DNA of 64,000 nt, taken from NCBI RefSeq assembly GCF_001194135.2, contig NC_068983.1:62317036-62381035 (forward strand), in the 5' to 3' direction. Source of the DNA: Octopus bimaculoides. Taxonomy: Eukaryota. Under the pieces are notes generated by a model that searched no databases, was not told the DNA's origin, and worked only from the letters and a program-made list of their open reading frames with translations. Shown here in pieces: positions 11,214-26,900 of this stretch (positions are counted from its first letter, which is position 1; the number at the start of each line of letters is the position of its first letter). Made by a program: the position numbers and the translations under genes.

Positions 11214-14200
11214 CTACAAAAAAAAAAAACATTAGTGACTACTATGATTTTGCATAAAAACATACATATGCTGTTTGTTACTCAACACACCTAAGTGCAC
11301 ATGAACATATCAAATATGACTTTACACCAATAAACATATATACATATTTTTGATATGTTTAACATTGACAATGAAAAAGTTGACAGTAACTTTGAAGTTT
11401 CAGCTTGCCTTGAACAGACTGAAAAGTATTCAGTAACTCTTCACTTAATTGTTAAATTGTTTTCATATTTAACTTGACATCAATGTGCCCCAGCATGGCT
11501 GCTATCTAATGACTGAAACAAAGTTAAAGGTTTATAACAATTCAATTATCACACTCTTTAATGTTGTATATCTCAGTGTTCAGGTAATGGCAATAATGCT
11601 TACATGCAAGTGATTCTCTATCTTTGAAGCATCATAAGGAAATGGTCAAATAGCATTACCAAATAGACCCCTTAAGTGTATACCACTTCTAATGGTAAGC
11701 TACCACTAACCATAGAGTAGTTGTGGTTGTCTGGATATTCACAACCTGCAGATCATATTTAAAATAATGAAGATAAAACCTGAAAACTAAGATTGAGAAA
11801 CATGATCTTGAAAATATATGTAAGTACAACATAGTGAGTATTATATCACTTCACCCTTATTATATTTCGTTGTTTGTGTCAGGTACAGATTGCAGTTATG
11901 CCTAGGCATCGCCTACAAGAGTTTCAGTTAATTATATTGTCTCCAGTACTTAGTCAAAATTACATTTTATCAATCTTAAGCTACTGAAAAGATGCATTCA
12001 ACAGAGTCACGTCCCTTCAAGAAATTACCTCCCTGAGGATGTAAATAAAAGAACTAGCGTGATTGAATTCACAACTAGGAGACAGTGAAGCAAATTTCTT
12101 AACAACACTGCCATGTCTGCACCCATATCCCTTCCTTATTCTCCATCGACCACTGCTAATATACCCAGCATGTCCTCTCAAAAAGTTATACACTAATATT
12201 CTTGCATAGCCACTCAAACTCATGGATATTCAGTTGAGATGAATAGGTACAATATGGTATAGAGGAAGTTTTCTTAGAAATATAATTCTAGGGAATACAA
12301 GCAAACACAGCATGGAGAGCCTTTCAAAGAGACAGAGGTGATAATGAGAAGAGAAGGATGCATTTTAGCCCGCCTGAGAGTACAACAAAATAGTAGAGAG
12401 ATGAAGAGAAACAGAAAGAAAACAACAAACCAATTTGAAACTATAAGACAGCAGCACAGAGACTGTTGGTGGTGGTAGTACAGAATTAACTAACCTTTTG
12501 ATACTGATACTTTTGAAATTCTTCTTCCCAGTAGAGAGAGCCAAATTCCACTGATCTTCATCTCCCTTCACAGCAAATTGACTGAGCTCAGATTCCTCCA
12601 GGATTGGAGCTATTTTCTTTCTCATCTCCTCTTTGATTTCTACAGCAGCAGCATCCTGAAAGGGAATCATGCCAATTTAATCTTCATATAACAGTTGATA
12701 AAAATTTCTTACCAAGGAACAAGGTTTCAAATTTAGGAGTTGGGGTATAGTCAATTATAGCAACCCCACAACTTGATGGCTAATTTATTTCATCAACAAA
12801 TCTAACCAAGGTGAACGTCATGGGATTTGAATTCAGAATGCAACTAATTGCTGCAAAGTATCAGGTCATTAAGAATGAAATGTCCAATTTTCTTATGCAC
12901 CAAGTTTGACAGTTGTAAACTCTAATGCTTTATCCTGACAATTCTCTGTTTTACAACACTGAAGAATTACATTATCACTTTTTGAAATGCAATTCATGGT
13001 GTCTGATTATATTGTGAGTTTTCTCTAGTAAATCAATTTCTGTGAACCCATGGATAGATAAAAAATTCGAGTTGTTTAAGAATAGGAGTTCCGTCATGGA
13101 ACCAATGCATCCCAGACAGCTCAAAACATCAATGAGGTGTTTGGTGAAGATGTGGCGAATGAGCTCACTGAACATTGATGGATTGAGAAGTTCCAGTCTG
13201 GTGACCTTACACCTGAAAATTAGACCCGTGGCAGACCTGATACCAAGGTGGATAATGATGAGCTGGAAACTAGTGGAAGCAGATACTTCTCAAACTATGC
13301 GCGAGTTAGGAGCAAGGTTTGATGTTTCGATTCCAACTGTATTGGACCATCTGAAACAAATCAGCATGGTAAAGAAACTGGACAAATGGGTACCACACAA
13401 ACTCAACGTGCATCAAATGACATGTCTTGAAACTTGCTGTTCTTATCTGTCATGGCATAAAAGCGAACCATTTTTGCATTGTATTGTTACGTGATGAAAA
13501 ATAGATTCTTGTCAAAATAGCAAGTGTTCTGCACAGTGGCTGGATAGAGATGAAGAGCCAAAACACAATCCAAAGAAGAATATTCACCAAAAAAAGCTAA
13601 TTGTGTCTGTTTGGTGGTCCAGCACTGGTGTCATCCACTACAGCTTCATGAGACCTGGTAAGTCAATTACAAAGGATGTATACATCAACCAATTTGATGA
13701 AATGATGAATGAGCTTGCAATTAAACAACCAAGATTGGTCAATAGAGACAGGCCAATTCTCTTGCAAGACAATCACATGTTGCACAAAGAATGCTACTCA
13801 GGAAATGAACTTGGAAGTACTCTGTCATCCACCATATCCACCAGACATTGTACCAACTGACTATCACATTTTTCAGGCATTAGACAACTTTTTGAGAAAA
13901 CTTTAAATCTGAAGAAGATGCAAAAACAGCCTTTTGTGATTTCATCACCACTTGCTCTCCAGAATTCTTCACTGCTGGCATAAATAAGCTACCAATAAAA
14001 TTGATTAACTCCATTGCTTTTTGTTGAGATAAAGTAAAACAAACTTTCAATTCAAAATTGGACATTTCATTCTTAATGACCTGATATTTTGTCTGACAAA
14101 CAGTTAATAAAATGAACACTTTACAGCTGCAGACTGGTACAAACAGTAGTCAGTTGATCTACCACAACACTATAATGCTCTGGCAGTGTAAATACTATTA

Positions 14201-14759
14201 TCAGTGGTCATACCACAACCATCTTCATGGCCCTAAATCCTGAGATCAAATTTGACCATTACTAAGGTCATTCGTGGCCACTCTCTAACACAAGTAACCT
14301 CCACCAATACATACCATTTTACCACTCAACACTCATCTCATCCATTCTTATTGCTAATTATACCATTGCCATCATCTCTCCAATGTATATTGGCAGATGT
14401 CTTTAATGCCCATCTGGTGTTTCAGCAGCTCACTACCATCATCCTGCAGGTGAACGATACCTGTCTGATTAATTAAACCCACTTAATTTTTTTCAGCCTT
14501 TGTCAGTATTTCATATCAACTACTACAAAGCACCATACTTTCTTTAATAGGTTTCATACAGGCTACCCACATCAGGTCGAGAGAGAAAAAGAAACCTCCT
14601 GTTGCTAAGCAGTGCGACATTGAAAAAGTGACAAGGAAACAGGGTTTTATATCGCTCATTTGTGAGCAATAATATTGGCAACTGGCTAATCATTAGCAGG
14701 ATGTGTTGAAGCAACTCAAACAAACAAAATAAAAAACAGCCGTAGTCATTTTATTGGCA

Positions 14760-14793
<34 letters not shown>

Positions 14794-17700
14794 CACACAC
14801 AGAGTTTATTTCTACACAGTTATCTATCAGTTTTCATTTACAAGTCATTTGCTCAACTTGAGACTATCACCGAAGGCACTTGTCCCACAAGCAATCACTG
14901 AGATTGAAAGTAGAACAACATAGCAGGTCAAGCAAACTTCCTATTCACATGGCCATCTTTGTTCACTCTAAGTTTCCACTAAGGAACTTACCAATTCATC
15001 ATCCAGACTCTGTGGCACTGGTTCCATGGTAATTTTGTGTTCCTTCACAAGCGTCTGCTCCACAGATTTCTCAACAATAGAGTTAAGATGCTGTTAAGAT
15101 AAAAAAAAAAAATTTCAATCAAGAGAAAAAATTAACAAATGTTTCATATATAAACAAATAATCAAAATACTAAACAGAAACAATTTACAAGTATGGCTAA
15201 TTTTCCACAATTATTTTTTAATTTTATGTACTGAAATGTGTACTATATCATCATAGCTAGAAATATTTGAGTAAGATATCATTATTATTGGTCAGTGTGT
15301 ATGGAGAGGTAGGATTCTGGTCTAACAGAGGAGCCTAAGTAGTCAGTCAACTTGCTGCAAATACCAGCCATATATTTCTAAAAGCACACCCTATTGACCT
15401 AAATAAAAGATACACATGACATATCTAGTTCTAGAGATAAGATATGGGATGTTCTTGACTGAAATGTTTTAGATCAAACGAGTATTCAATCAATGCAGAC
15501 CTAGGGTTAAGCAACAACCAAAAATGTATTGAAAAGAAGCCCCTTTAGCTTGGCTGTTCTCGAGATTACACTGTGTTACCTTTCTGCCTATATACTTGTT
15601 GGTAGAACAAATGATTATACATCAGTATTGGCATAGAGGTAGTGACTGGATTGGTGTTGGAAGCTGTACCAATATAGAATTGACTATAGTGGTATGGTGA
15701 TAGCTGAACCAAAATAATACAACTTGTTACAGTGTTAGTACAAGGTAAGTGTAGAGTTATGGTGATGACTAGCTCCAGGTCACTTATGAGTAGAACTATA
15801 ATCAAAGGCACACCAGGTGTAAACATTTTGTTGTTTTAGGATGTGCAATGTATTCTTCCTTTTTCTTTTATTAAAGATGATAAGATGTGATGAAGAACAG
15901 CAGGCCGAGTAACTGCATAGAAGCGCCATCATGGGCTCATTGTCTAAGGCACAGTCAAAGGTCATTTACTTATAACTAAATCAAGTTACTCAACTCTAAC
16001 AAAGCAGCAACAGAATAACCACACAGCCACACACATCATGAAACTGAATTACTGTAATTGAACCTACATAACCAATAAGTGAAGCAGAACAGCAACTGTC
16101 GTACACCAACACAACCCAGTATGACCACTAACAATATACTATACAGTACTGTTATTATGCCAACAACAAATTACACAGAATTATTGCTATACCAACAGCA
16201 CATTGCACAGTAACGTTGCTATGCCAACAATGAACTACACAGTGCTGTTGCTATGCAAACAAGAAGCTACATAGCCATATTGCTATGCCAACAACATTTT
16301 ACAGATTCATATTGCTTTGCTAATAACAAACAATACAGTACCTTTCTTATGGCAACAACAAATTACACAGCCATTGGCTATACCAGCAAATTTGATTTGA
16401 GCAATATAATCAAAGTAAGACATGAGATTACCTGGACAACTTTGCGAATAATTCGGTTGTAGAGACCCAGCAATTGACTGGCAGCGAGTCCTAGGTTTTT
16501 CTCTAGATCGTCAACTGTCTTATGTTGCAGACCGATGCCAAGTAGCAAAGCCTGAAAGAAAACGCCAGAAAGGAATTAGTCGCATAACTGAAACATCCAA
16601 TGTGAAAGTTAGTACACCTCTTTCTCAAGCAATACTTTCTTCATCAACTATATACATCATCATCATCATTTCACATCCATTGTCTATGCTGGTATGAGTT
16701 GGATGGTTTGACCAGAACTGGCAGGCCAAAGAGCTGCACCATGCTCCAACCTGATTTAGTATGGTTTCTACGGCTAGATGCTCTTCCTAACCTCAAAAAC
16801 TTAACAGAGTGGGCTGGGTGCTTGTACATGGCACTGCACTAGTGCTTTTATGTGGCACCACACAGGTGATACCTTCCTCCAGTCACATCCTCTCCCCTTT
16901 ATTGCACTCCATCCTCAGAACCACTTCTATTCCTCATTATCTTCTTCCAGCCATGTTATACCCAATCCTTAACACCCCTTTAATCTGCTATACTCCCAAT
17001 GTCGTCTCATATCTAACATAATCCCCACCCCTCAGCCAGTCCTATATCTCTCACTTGTATCACATTTAACCATCTCCTCACTCATGTTCTTATGAGACAT
17101 ACCCTTCTATCACCCCTTGCCTGTTCACCCAGACCAATCCTCTGTATCACTTCACCTATATTCATCCCATCACTGCACCTTGAGGTTTATGTCCTGACAA
17201 ATATCTACCATCCTCACTCACTTTTTCCATTTCTATCTTTCTAAGTCTCACTTCCTCTACTTTCTTCTAGTGCTGAAGTATCCTTAAATCTCTTCTACAG
17301 CAGACTATGTTATTCCCTCCGTTATTCTTTTAACCTCTCATGAACTGGCACAAAGCCAACTCTCTCAACATTACTTCGCACAGGCAAGGGGGTCTTTGTT
17401 TTTCAAGTAGTTTCACAACATTCCCGTGCTACTGCCATGAAGAAAGCACCCAGCAGACTCTGTAATGTGGTTGGCATTAGGAGAGGCATCAAGCCATAGA
17501 AACCAGGCCAAATCAGAATACAAAGCTTGGCAGTCCTCTGACTTGCCACCCCTTGTCAAACCATCCAACCCATGCCAGCATGGAAAATGTATACACACAC
17601 ACACACACACACAATCAGCAAGGAAAATGGATGTTTAATGATGATGATGATAATAATAATGACATAAATTAAACAGAAGTTATTTTTAATTTATATCTGA

Positions 17701-20700
17701 TAAGAGAAAAGGCCAGGAAGGACTTGAATAGATATGCTTTGGAGTAGTGTTGAATGCAAAGACCCAGCAGTCTTCAGTCTCTGCAGTGTTGTAGTACTAC
17801 TAATAAAATGCAAGATTGGAAATAAGAGGCAAGTATGAAATGGAAAAAAAAAACAAAAAAAAACATGTACAAAAGTAGTAGCAGTAATAATAAACACCAA
17901 ATATGCACTAGACTAGTGTGCACAAGAGTATAATACAGGGTGGATTAAATCCATGCCCACTATGGCAGAGGGTTGCTGATTCACTAGAACACTGGAAACA
18001 GACAACTCATGTATTTAGTTATCTCCCATCATGTTGCAAGTTACAACACTGCCTACCTTCACTTAGCTTTTCATTCCTCTTAGGTTGATAAAGTAAGTAC
18101 TGCAGTTGATATAATTAACAATATTATGATTTCTCAAAGACAAAATCGTAAGCCAGTGTTACAACTGATTGAATTATCGGCAATATATGACTAATGTTAC
18201 ATACTCTGTTAATCTCAGATGGATGTATGAATGGTAGAGTCGGCTCTAGCAGGATCTCAATTTAGAACATAACTCAATACAGCAAATAACTATTTCTACT
18301 ATACCAACTCCATACAATGAATAGGAATGGATTCTGTTATTGGTGCAAGGACAAACACTTTAGAAAGAGGGTGTTGCAGTAAATTTTATTGGAATATCAT
18401 TTGTTCAGAAGGTATAAATAGCTAGATTTGGGCTCAGAATACAAAGGATTGTAGCCATGTACTGTGAGGCCTTCTTTGTGGCAACCTTCTGTTTCTAGAT
18501 TTCTAAACCAGAATAATGGAAAAGAATTTCTTGTATTGGAGCAAGTAAAGTGTGATCTTATTGTTGCATAGAAAAATAATTCTTCCTTAATCAGTTAAGT
18601 TTGTTTCTATTAAGTCTGTGAAAAGATTGAATTTTATAGTTGAAGTAAAATAAGTCTCATTAAATTGATATATGGCAATATCGGTGGAGCATCAGACTAA
18701 AAATGTTGTGGTATTTAGTTATATCTGTTACGATTCTGAGTCAAAATACCACCCATACTGACTTTGGCTTTCATCTTTCCCAGGTCAATGTATTAAGTAC
18801 AAGGATCAATGTAATTGTCTAAACTCTTTTAATGACAGTGTTCCACCAATTAGAACTGATTAAATCCCAAATTGATGTAGGAATACCAGTTATGTTAATA
18901 CAAGTATATTGGGGTATTCTAATGATGATGATGATTGGGTTGGAGAGGCAGGGATGCAGGAAGTGAAAGATAAACTAACGAACTGGAAAGACAATAAAAA
19001 TATGAAGTAAAGAACTGATGCAATAACCCCCCCCCCCCCCAAAAAAAAACCGGAAAAAACAACAGATAAACAGAAACTAATTGTTTTACCTGTTGCACAG
19101 CACTGAGATGAAGTTCAGGTAAGCGTTGGAGAAAATACAGTTCAGCAATTGTTGGCATCAGATCCATGATCAGATGATAGTCTATCATATTTTGGGAATA
19201 TAACTCCAGTCGCTTTAAGTCAAATACAGTCAGTTTGAAATCCAATTCCTGTTTTGCCAGAGCTACAACCAAAAACAACAAGTTAATAGAATGCATCATA
19301 TGATCCCCAGAAGTATATGCACTGTTGATATTAAGACACTGAAACTTGACTGTTGGAGACATATTTTTACTGATTTCAGTCAATAGGCTTTCTACATCAT
19401 GAACAGCAACAGTGTTATTTCAAATTGCTTTAGACACCCATCTTTCCCCATCAACCTACATAAAGAAGACAACTTTTATGCCCAGCCAGTTTGGACTGTG
19501 ACTGGGTTCTCTGTTGGGAATTAAAGGACCTTTCATATCGTAGAAGTAACCTTTATTCTCAGTAGCTTAAAAATGCAACTGTAAGCTCACTTAGTATCCC
19601 TACACCAGAAAGAGATGTTTGTTTCTCAGCCATAGTGAAGGCAACCCAAATAGAAACTCCAAATATGAAAGGAAACCCAACAAGAGCAGTAGTTACTCTG
19701 AATGAAAACTAATATTGAATACACTGTTGTAGCAGACAACCTATCTTATGATAAAATACAAGAAAAAGTCCATGATGTGAAGTAATTAGAAATACAAAAG
19801 CCATCTAGCTCTAGGAATCCTGTATAAAAGAAAAAAAATATGTACTTTGCTTTGTCACTCAGATTCACTAGAGGAGTAGGCTGAGTAATTTTTATGGTCC
19901 TAGGGTCACAATCATCATCATCGTTGTTTAACGTCCGCTTTCCATGTTAGCATGGGTTGGATGATTTGACTGAGGACTGGTGAAACCAGATGGCTACACT
20001 AGGCTCCAATCTGATATGGCAGAGTTTCTACAGCTGGATGCACTTTGAATTTAAGAGTACCAGAAATATACATTCATTATGCTTAATGTTTGAAAAGATT
20101 TGAAAATACTGGGTTCAAATTTTGGCACAAGGAGGTAAGTTGACAACATCAACCCCAGTGCTTGATCGATACTTATTTTATTGACTCCAAAAGAATGAAA
20201 AGCAAAGTCGACCTTGGCAGAATTTGAACTCAAAGATAGATGAAATGCTACTAAGCATTTTCCCCAGCATGCTAACAATTCTGCCAGTTCAGCACCTTAA
20301 GATTTAAAAATATTAAAACTTAAGCAAAAACAAAATAATGCTTGAGTCAATAAGGAAACATCTATATGACCTGCTAGAAATATTAACTAAACCTTCTTCA
20401 AATCACATCCAATTGTCTTAAAAAAAAGACACATTGGGATATGTAGTCCTACATATACATGGCTGTATGGGCATAGATCATATATTAATATTGGAACTTG
20501 TAAATAAGGAGATGACATGACAACACTCTACTTACCTACTGCTTCTTCTTTACAGTGTTTCTGTTGGAGAATACTAAGTGCAGTGCTGCAGCTGAAGAAA
20601 CGGAACTGGTAAGAACACAGGGAAATGAAACGACGACGGAAATCTAAAGTAAGAGAGAAATTTGTGAAATAATGTAAACATACAAAAAGAAATACAAAAA

Positions 20701-23700
20701 AATAAAAGCCTACAGGTGTGTGTGTGTGTACACAGGAAATATACATACATTAGGAGTGAAGAGTCCACACTTTGTGAATTACAAATAAAAAAATGTAATT
20801 AAAACAAATTTATTAAACTTTCAGAAATTTGTGACTTTTGAGCCACTCTGTATAAATATTTAAATATGCACATACACACACACACGCATGCACAGACATA
20901 TATTGCTGATTTATTTTAACTCTCTTCAATTCAAGAAGAGGTAAACAAACACTTAATGGTGATTATTTCTTGACTTAGAATGAAGAAAGATAACCTCAAA
21001 AAAATAATTAATTCTTGATTTACTGATGCTATGTTCGTTTTGAGAGCAGGTAAATGAACAGGCAATGAATTAACTGTCTCAACCTTAATAAAAAGACTGG
21101 CCTTTTTTATGTAACCCGAGTTAGGGAAAGTAAGTTTCTGTCACACTAATGACCATCAAATATGTCAGCATTCTATAATTTCTATGACTCCACTTATCAT
21201 CATCATTATAATGTTCACTTTTCCATGCTTGCATAGGTTGGGTAGATTATGCAACTGTGTAAAAACCCTTTATTGGCAAAGGGTGAATAAGAAAATAATG
21301 TAGTATGAAATGATGTTAGGAGAAGTAGAGAGGAGAGAGTGGAGGCATAATGATAATAGCCAAATCAGACAATGATAAAATAAATTACCTTTCCAGAATG
21401 ATAGCAGCCATTTTTTGTCATACAATGTGTTTGATTCATCTTCCTTATCGTGAAGAGTCTTCAACATGATACAAGAGTGTTCTCCAGTCAAGTCATTCTG
21501 AAAAACAAAATCAATAGAGTGTAGACTACAATAGAAATTCTGGGAATTTGCATAAAATTATAAAACCATATTATACTTAGAGAATAGAAAACTATACACA
21601 GGGTGTTGAAAAGTTCCTGGCTTCTGGTAAAAGAAGATAAGGAGGATCAGTTAATTATGATTTTATTCAACATTTTCCCCTCTCAGATTCACACATTTAT
21701 TGCAAGGGTCCTCCAGTTTTTCTAAGCACTGTAAAAGAACTTGGAAGGTTGGGCCTCCAATCAGGTCTTTCATGATACCCTTAAAGCCAGGAACTTTTCA
21801 GCACTCCCATCATACATACACATGCGCGCACACACACACACACATACATTGTGTGTATGTTTGTGTTGTGTTGTCTTGACATCGCAACATAGTCATAAAC
21901 ACGAGCCACTATCACAAGCATTGTCCTTCATTTTCAGTCTTTTGCAATAACATGTCCAGCCATTGAGAAATATCACCTTGGTTATTTATAGGTGGGACTG
22001 CAGCAGGAAGAGCATCCTACTTTAGAAAATCTGTCATGATGATTCCACCTGAGCCATGCAAGCATGGAAAAGCAAACATTAAATTATTTATGATGACAAT
22101 GAAGACATAGACAGAAAATTGCAATACTCTAATATACACGAACCATTATTATTTAGCATCTGTATTCCATGCTGTCACAGTCTGGACAATTTGATAGGAT
22201 CCAACAGTTCAGAGGAATGTGATAAGCATCAACATCAGTTCCTATGGTTGGGTGTCCTTCCTAACAACATCTCTTCTAAGGGAATGTCTCAGTGGTTCTA
22301 CATCAATGGACTGCCCTGTTATAGTTATGAACTAATGACAGACTCTCTACATATTCATTCAACCTGCTGGAAACAGCAGCCAAATTTCCCTCAAACCACA
22401 ATTTAATCTCAACAAAGGCTATGCTAGATAATGTAGTCCTGGTTTCCCTGTATATAGGAAAAAGATGGAACAGTTATAGCTGGAATGCCTTGACTACAGG
22501 TCTGCTTCATCAGAGCTGACTTGGAAATAAATAATAACAGCCAACCTAGTTGGATGAACTTATCCAATATACACAGCCATATACTGTAGCAAGCATATCA
22601 TCTAGTAAAATCAAGTTTCCAACATTCTGGGGAAATTATCTTTTACCAATTTGTCTGCTTTAAAGGTTACCAGAAGGAAAAATCAATCTAGGAAGAGATT
22701 GGGACCAAAACTTCATTTTGTGTACAAGTGAAATATTTGTTACAGTATCACACTGCTTCTGTCACTAATGAGGAATTTTTACCCAGCCTGCCAGCTTTTA
22801 GCAATACCATGATTTGTTAATGCTTTTCGATATCAATAGAGGCTAAATTTATTTGGCCCTTCAGCATTTAAACCAGCCAGATCTAGCCAATCACACCTAA
22901 CTTTCAATACAAAAATAAAATGTACAATCACATCAAGATTTTAAAATTAATTAAAAACAATGTGAATGAAAAAGCATTACATTCGGCAAAATAATCTGAA
23001 TGTGAAAGGGATAAGCATGTGATTGCAAATATGCATAAATCTGGATTTAGAAATTCTACTACCTCTGCCAGGTAATTTTCTTCTGCTGTTGATATTCTTC
23101 TGTACATTTTAGCACTATAAATCTGTATTGGAGGCTTTCTTGAAGCAAATACTACAGTTTTAAGCTTTTCTACAGTATATCCACATTACGTTAGGTGTAC
23201 AGAATGCTATTTTGTTAGTGAAATATATTCTATTGTTTTTAAACATACACACCATATAATAGGTCCTAAATTATAGAACAGCATATTTTGCAATTAAAAT
23301 TAATTAGCTAGAACTAGAAACACTAATACTGTGCTGTGTCTCACTGGATATCTTTATGCTGAAACAGAAGTAGCAAGCATTGCCTCAAAAACTATGAACA
23401 AAATAATAACTCACAGCAGTTTGTCTTAAGTAGACAGGGACAAAGCCATTTCGTTTCCAGAATCTATTAAAGAAAAAAATACACAAATTAAAAAAGATTA
23501 CAGAATTATATATAAAATTCTGTTAAGGTCTTACAGCTGTATATAGGTTATAACAATAATAAACTAACAAGACTGACATGACCTGAGAGAAAGAGTAGCC
23601 AAGATATAACCATGCAATCTTAAAGAAGGATAACATCAGGAATACCTTTGTTTAGATCATAGGTCTGTTTGAGCAAGGCTGACCTGGTACTAAATAACAT

Positions 23701-23826
23701 AGAGTACCACCTATTCCCTAGCAAAAGTGGAGTTCTATGTGTACAGTATTAAAAAGTAATCTTTAGTGTATATTGAGAATATAGGCAAGCCCTGGTATGT
23801 ATGTATGTATGTGTGTGTGTGTGTGT

Positions 23827-23921
<95 letters not shown>

Positions 23922-26900
23922 CACAGGCATGGCTGTGTGGTTGAGAAGCATGTAGATTTGATAGATGGAAACTGAAAGAAGCCCACTGTATATATGTGTG
24001 TGTGTGCAAATGAGCGTTAGTATCTCTTTGTCTTGGTATCATGTAATAGTTGTGAGTATCACTGTCATACAAGCAGTGTCCTTCACTTGCACTCTTCAAG
24101 TTGTCTGACCAAAGAGAAATATTACCTTCCTTGAAACAGGTGAGACGTATTGACAGGAAGGGCATCTGACCATAAACAATCTGCCTCAATAAATTCTGTC
24201 CAACTCATGTAAGCATGGAAGAGTTGACATTCAAATGACATATATATATATACCCGCCTGACTGGCCCTCGTGCCGGTGGCACGTAAAAGCACCCACTAC
24301 ACTCTCGGAGTGGTTGGCGTTAGGAAGGGCATCCAGCTGTAGAAACTCTGCGAAATCAGATTGGAGCCTGGTGTCGCCACCTGGTCCACCAGTCCTCAGA
24401 CAAATCATCCAACCCATGCTAGCATGGAAAGCAGACGTTAAACGACGATGATGATGATGATGTACACACACACAAATATTTTACACCATCCACTTTACAT
24501 CTATTATAATTACATTTGTTTCTGTTTCTCAATTTCCAAATATGGGATACTGCTTTCAACATCTATATATTATAATAACTTAATTTTTATCAGGAAATTT
24601 GATTTCATTTGAAGTTGTTAGTTATAACAATAATAACGAGATCACAATTAGAAGCCTTTGAAGGGTTAATGCAGAGAGTAATAGATGTGGTTGAGTTATT
24701 AGCATCATAATTTAATATCCGTTTTGTTAGATGATGATGATAACTCAACTAATGTAATTATGTGCCTTGCATTCTGAGTTCAATCCTAGCACAGCTGAAC
24801 TTTGCCTGCCATCCTTCATGTTTCAATTAAATAAGTACCATGTGGTAGAGGTCTTACATATGTAACACAGCTTCTTGAAATATTTTTTTAAAACTGAGAT
24901 TATCCTAGTAATAAGTAAACAAACACTTACTCTAAGGCAGTGTTTAAAAATCCAGAGGTAGACTTTTGACTACTAAATTACCTGGGCAATCTCAGTTAAT
25001 GTTTTATCAACTCACTAAATTACATATGAAAAATCCTTTTGTACAAGTATCAAGTACTCAGATGCTTCTCAATGTAATATATTCTTCTTAGTCCTATTGT
25101 AAATAAGTACTAATCAAGTACTATAACCAACGAAATTGACAGCTACTCCTTTCCAAAATCTGTATCCTCAAGGTTATGTTAGAGACCCCTCATTATTTTA
25201 GTAAAGGGATGGCCCTAATAGTAGGGCCCAGTGAGACTGCTATGTCATATTTAATTATGCCTGCCATTGTTTGAAGTCCAATTTAGCTGGGATTGATTTG
25301 TCTTTATGTTCCTTGAAGTGTAAGTGAAAAATTTAAATGTTCCTCTCAACCTCAGAGAAATGTATAAACAATTCTTAAAACTGGTGTCATCAGATACAAT
25401 GGATAAAAGATAAGCCTTCCATCCCAGGTGTGGCTGTGTGGTAAGAAGTTTGCTTCCCAAACCACAGGGTAATGGGATCAGTCCCACTGTGTGGCATCTT
25501 GGGTGGACCAAAGTCTAGTGAGTGGATTTAGTAGACAGAATCTGAAAGAAACCAGTCGTATGTGTATGTGTGTACTTTTGTTCCTGTGTTTGTCCCCCAT
25601 CACCAGTAGACAACTGGTGTCAGTGATTAAATCTCTCTAACTTAGCAGTTTGGCAAAAGGGACCAATAGAATAAGTGTCTGACTTAAAAAATAAATAAGT
25701 ACTAGAGTTGATTCATTCAACTAAATAAATTTTGAAGGTGGTGCCCCAGCGTGGCCACAGTTTAATGACTAAAACAAGTAATAAGGGAAAAAGTAATAGA
25801 CTAATATACTGGAGTTAACATTCATTGATATACTTATTTCTGATAACCAGGTGGACTACACCTGAATTGCAGACATCTTTCACAAATACATCTGTATTAT
25901 AGACATGAAGATTCAGAGGTGAAATACTGTATAAACAGCAGATAAAGATGTTTATCATTTCATGGAATAAACTTAATAGGAAAGTAAGATTAATGAATAC
26001 TTTACTTGAGAAGGTCAGCTGTCAACCCAAATGATACACCCATATAATCAAGCTGTTCAGGGGGTCGTTCAGTTAGCTTCAGTAACAACGGAGGTAGGTT
26101 CTTACGAGGTACTGGCTTCTCTACTATCAGATCAAGTTCCTGCAAATAGGCAATTAATGAAACAAAGATTACAAACGACATTCATGTACACAATCAGCAC
26201 TATTAATTAAAATATTGGCTATAAAAGTTGCTCAATAAAATCCCAGTCCCAACTGGTCAAGCTGTTATTATATTAGCAATAACTCTAGTAAAGACACTTA
26301 ACACCCAACGACAACAGTTCTGCTATCAATAAATAGATACCAACGAAAGATACTCTACTGCAGCAGCAAATCCTTCAAGCTGAGTGAAACCATTGCTGTA
26401 GCTAGTGCTGGTGACATGTAAAAGGCAGCCATGCCTGTGATACGGAAAAGGCAGTGACATGTAAAAAGGCACCCAGTACACTCTATAAAGTGGTTGGCAT
26501 TAGGAAGGGCATCCAACCATAGAAACCAAGCCAAACCAGACAAATGGATCCTGGTGCAGCTATCCAGCTTACCAGCTCCAGTCAATCCGTCTGACCCATG
26601 CCAGCATGAAAAACAGATGTTCAATGATGATGATAACAATAACAATGATTTGTAGTGCCTGGGAGCAATTGATAGGTATCTTTTATGATACCAAACATAT
26701 CAGAGTAGAGCACCATTCCTTATGACACTAGACTCTCTTAAACTAGAAGAGAAGCTATAGCCCTATGCATACCTCAATTAATGGGAATGTTAATAAATAC
26801 TCGAGACTCACCTCTTCATCAACAGGTTCAATGTCTTTAGGAACTTCTTCAACATCTTCATTAAGTCCCACAATTTCTCCTTTATAGTACTGAGAGAGGA

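Noticed and set aside
18919-19383. 154-aa ORF as a stand-alone gene
   Set aside because: It is NAT10 coding exon 22 with open intronic flanks
23735-23986. ORFs rich in YIYI/ERER/THTH (also 4216, 5684, 6134, 7436, 33587, 41153-41623)
   Set aside because: Translations of microsatellites, SINEs or N gaps, not genes
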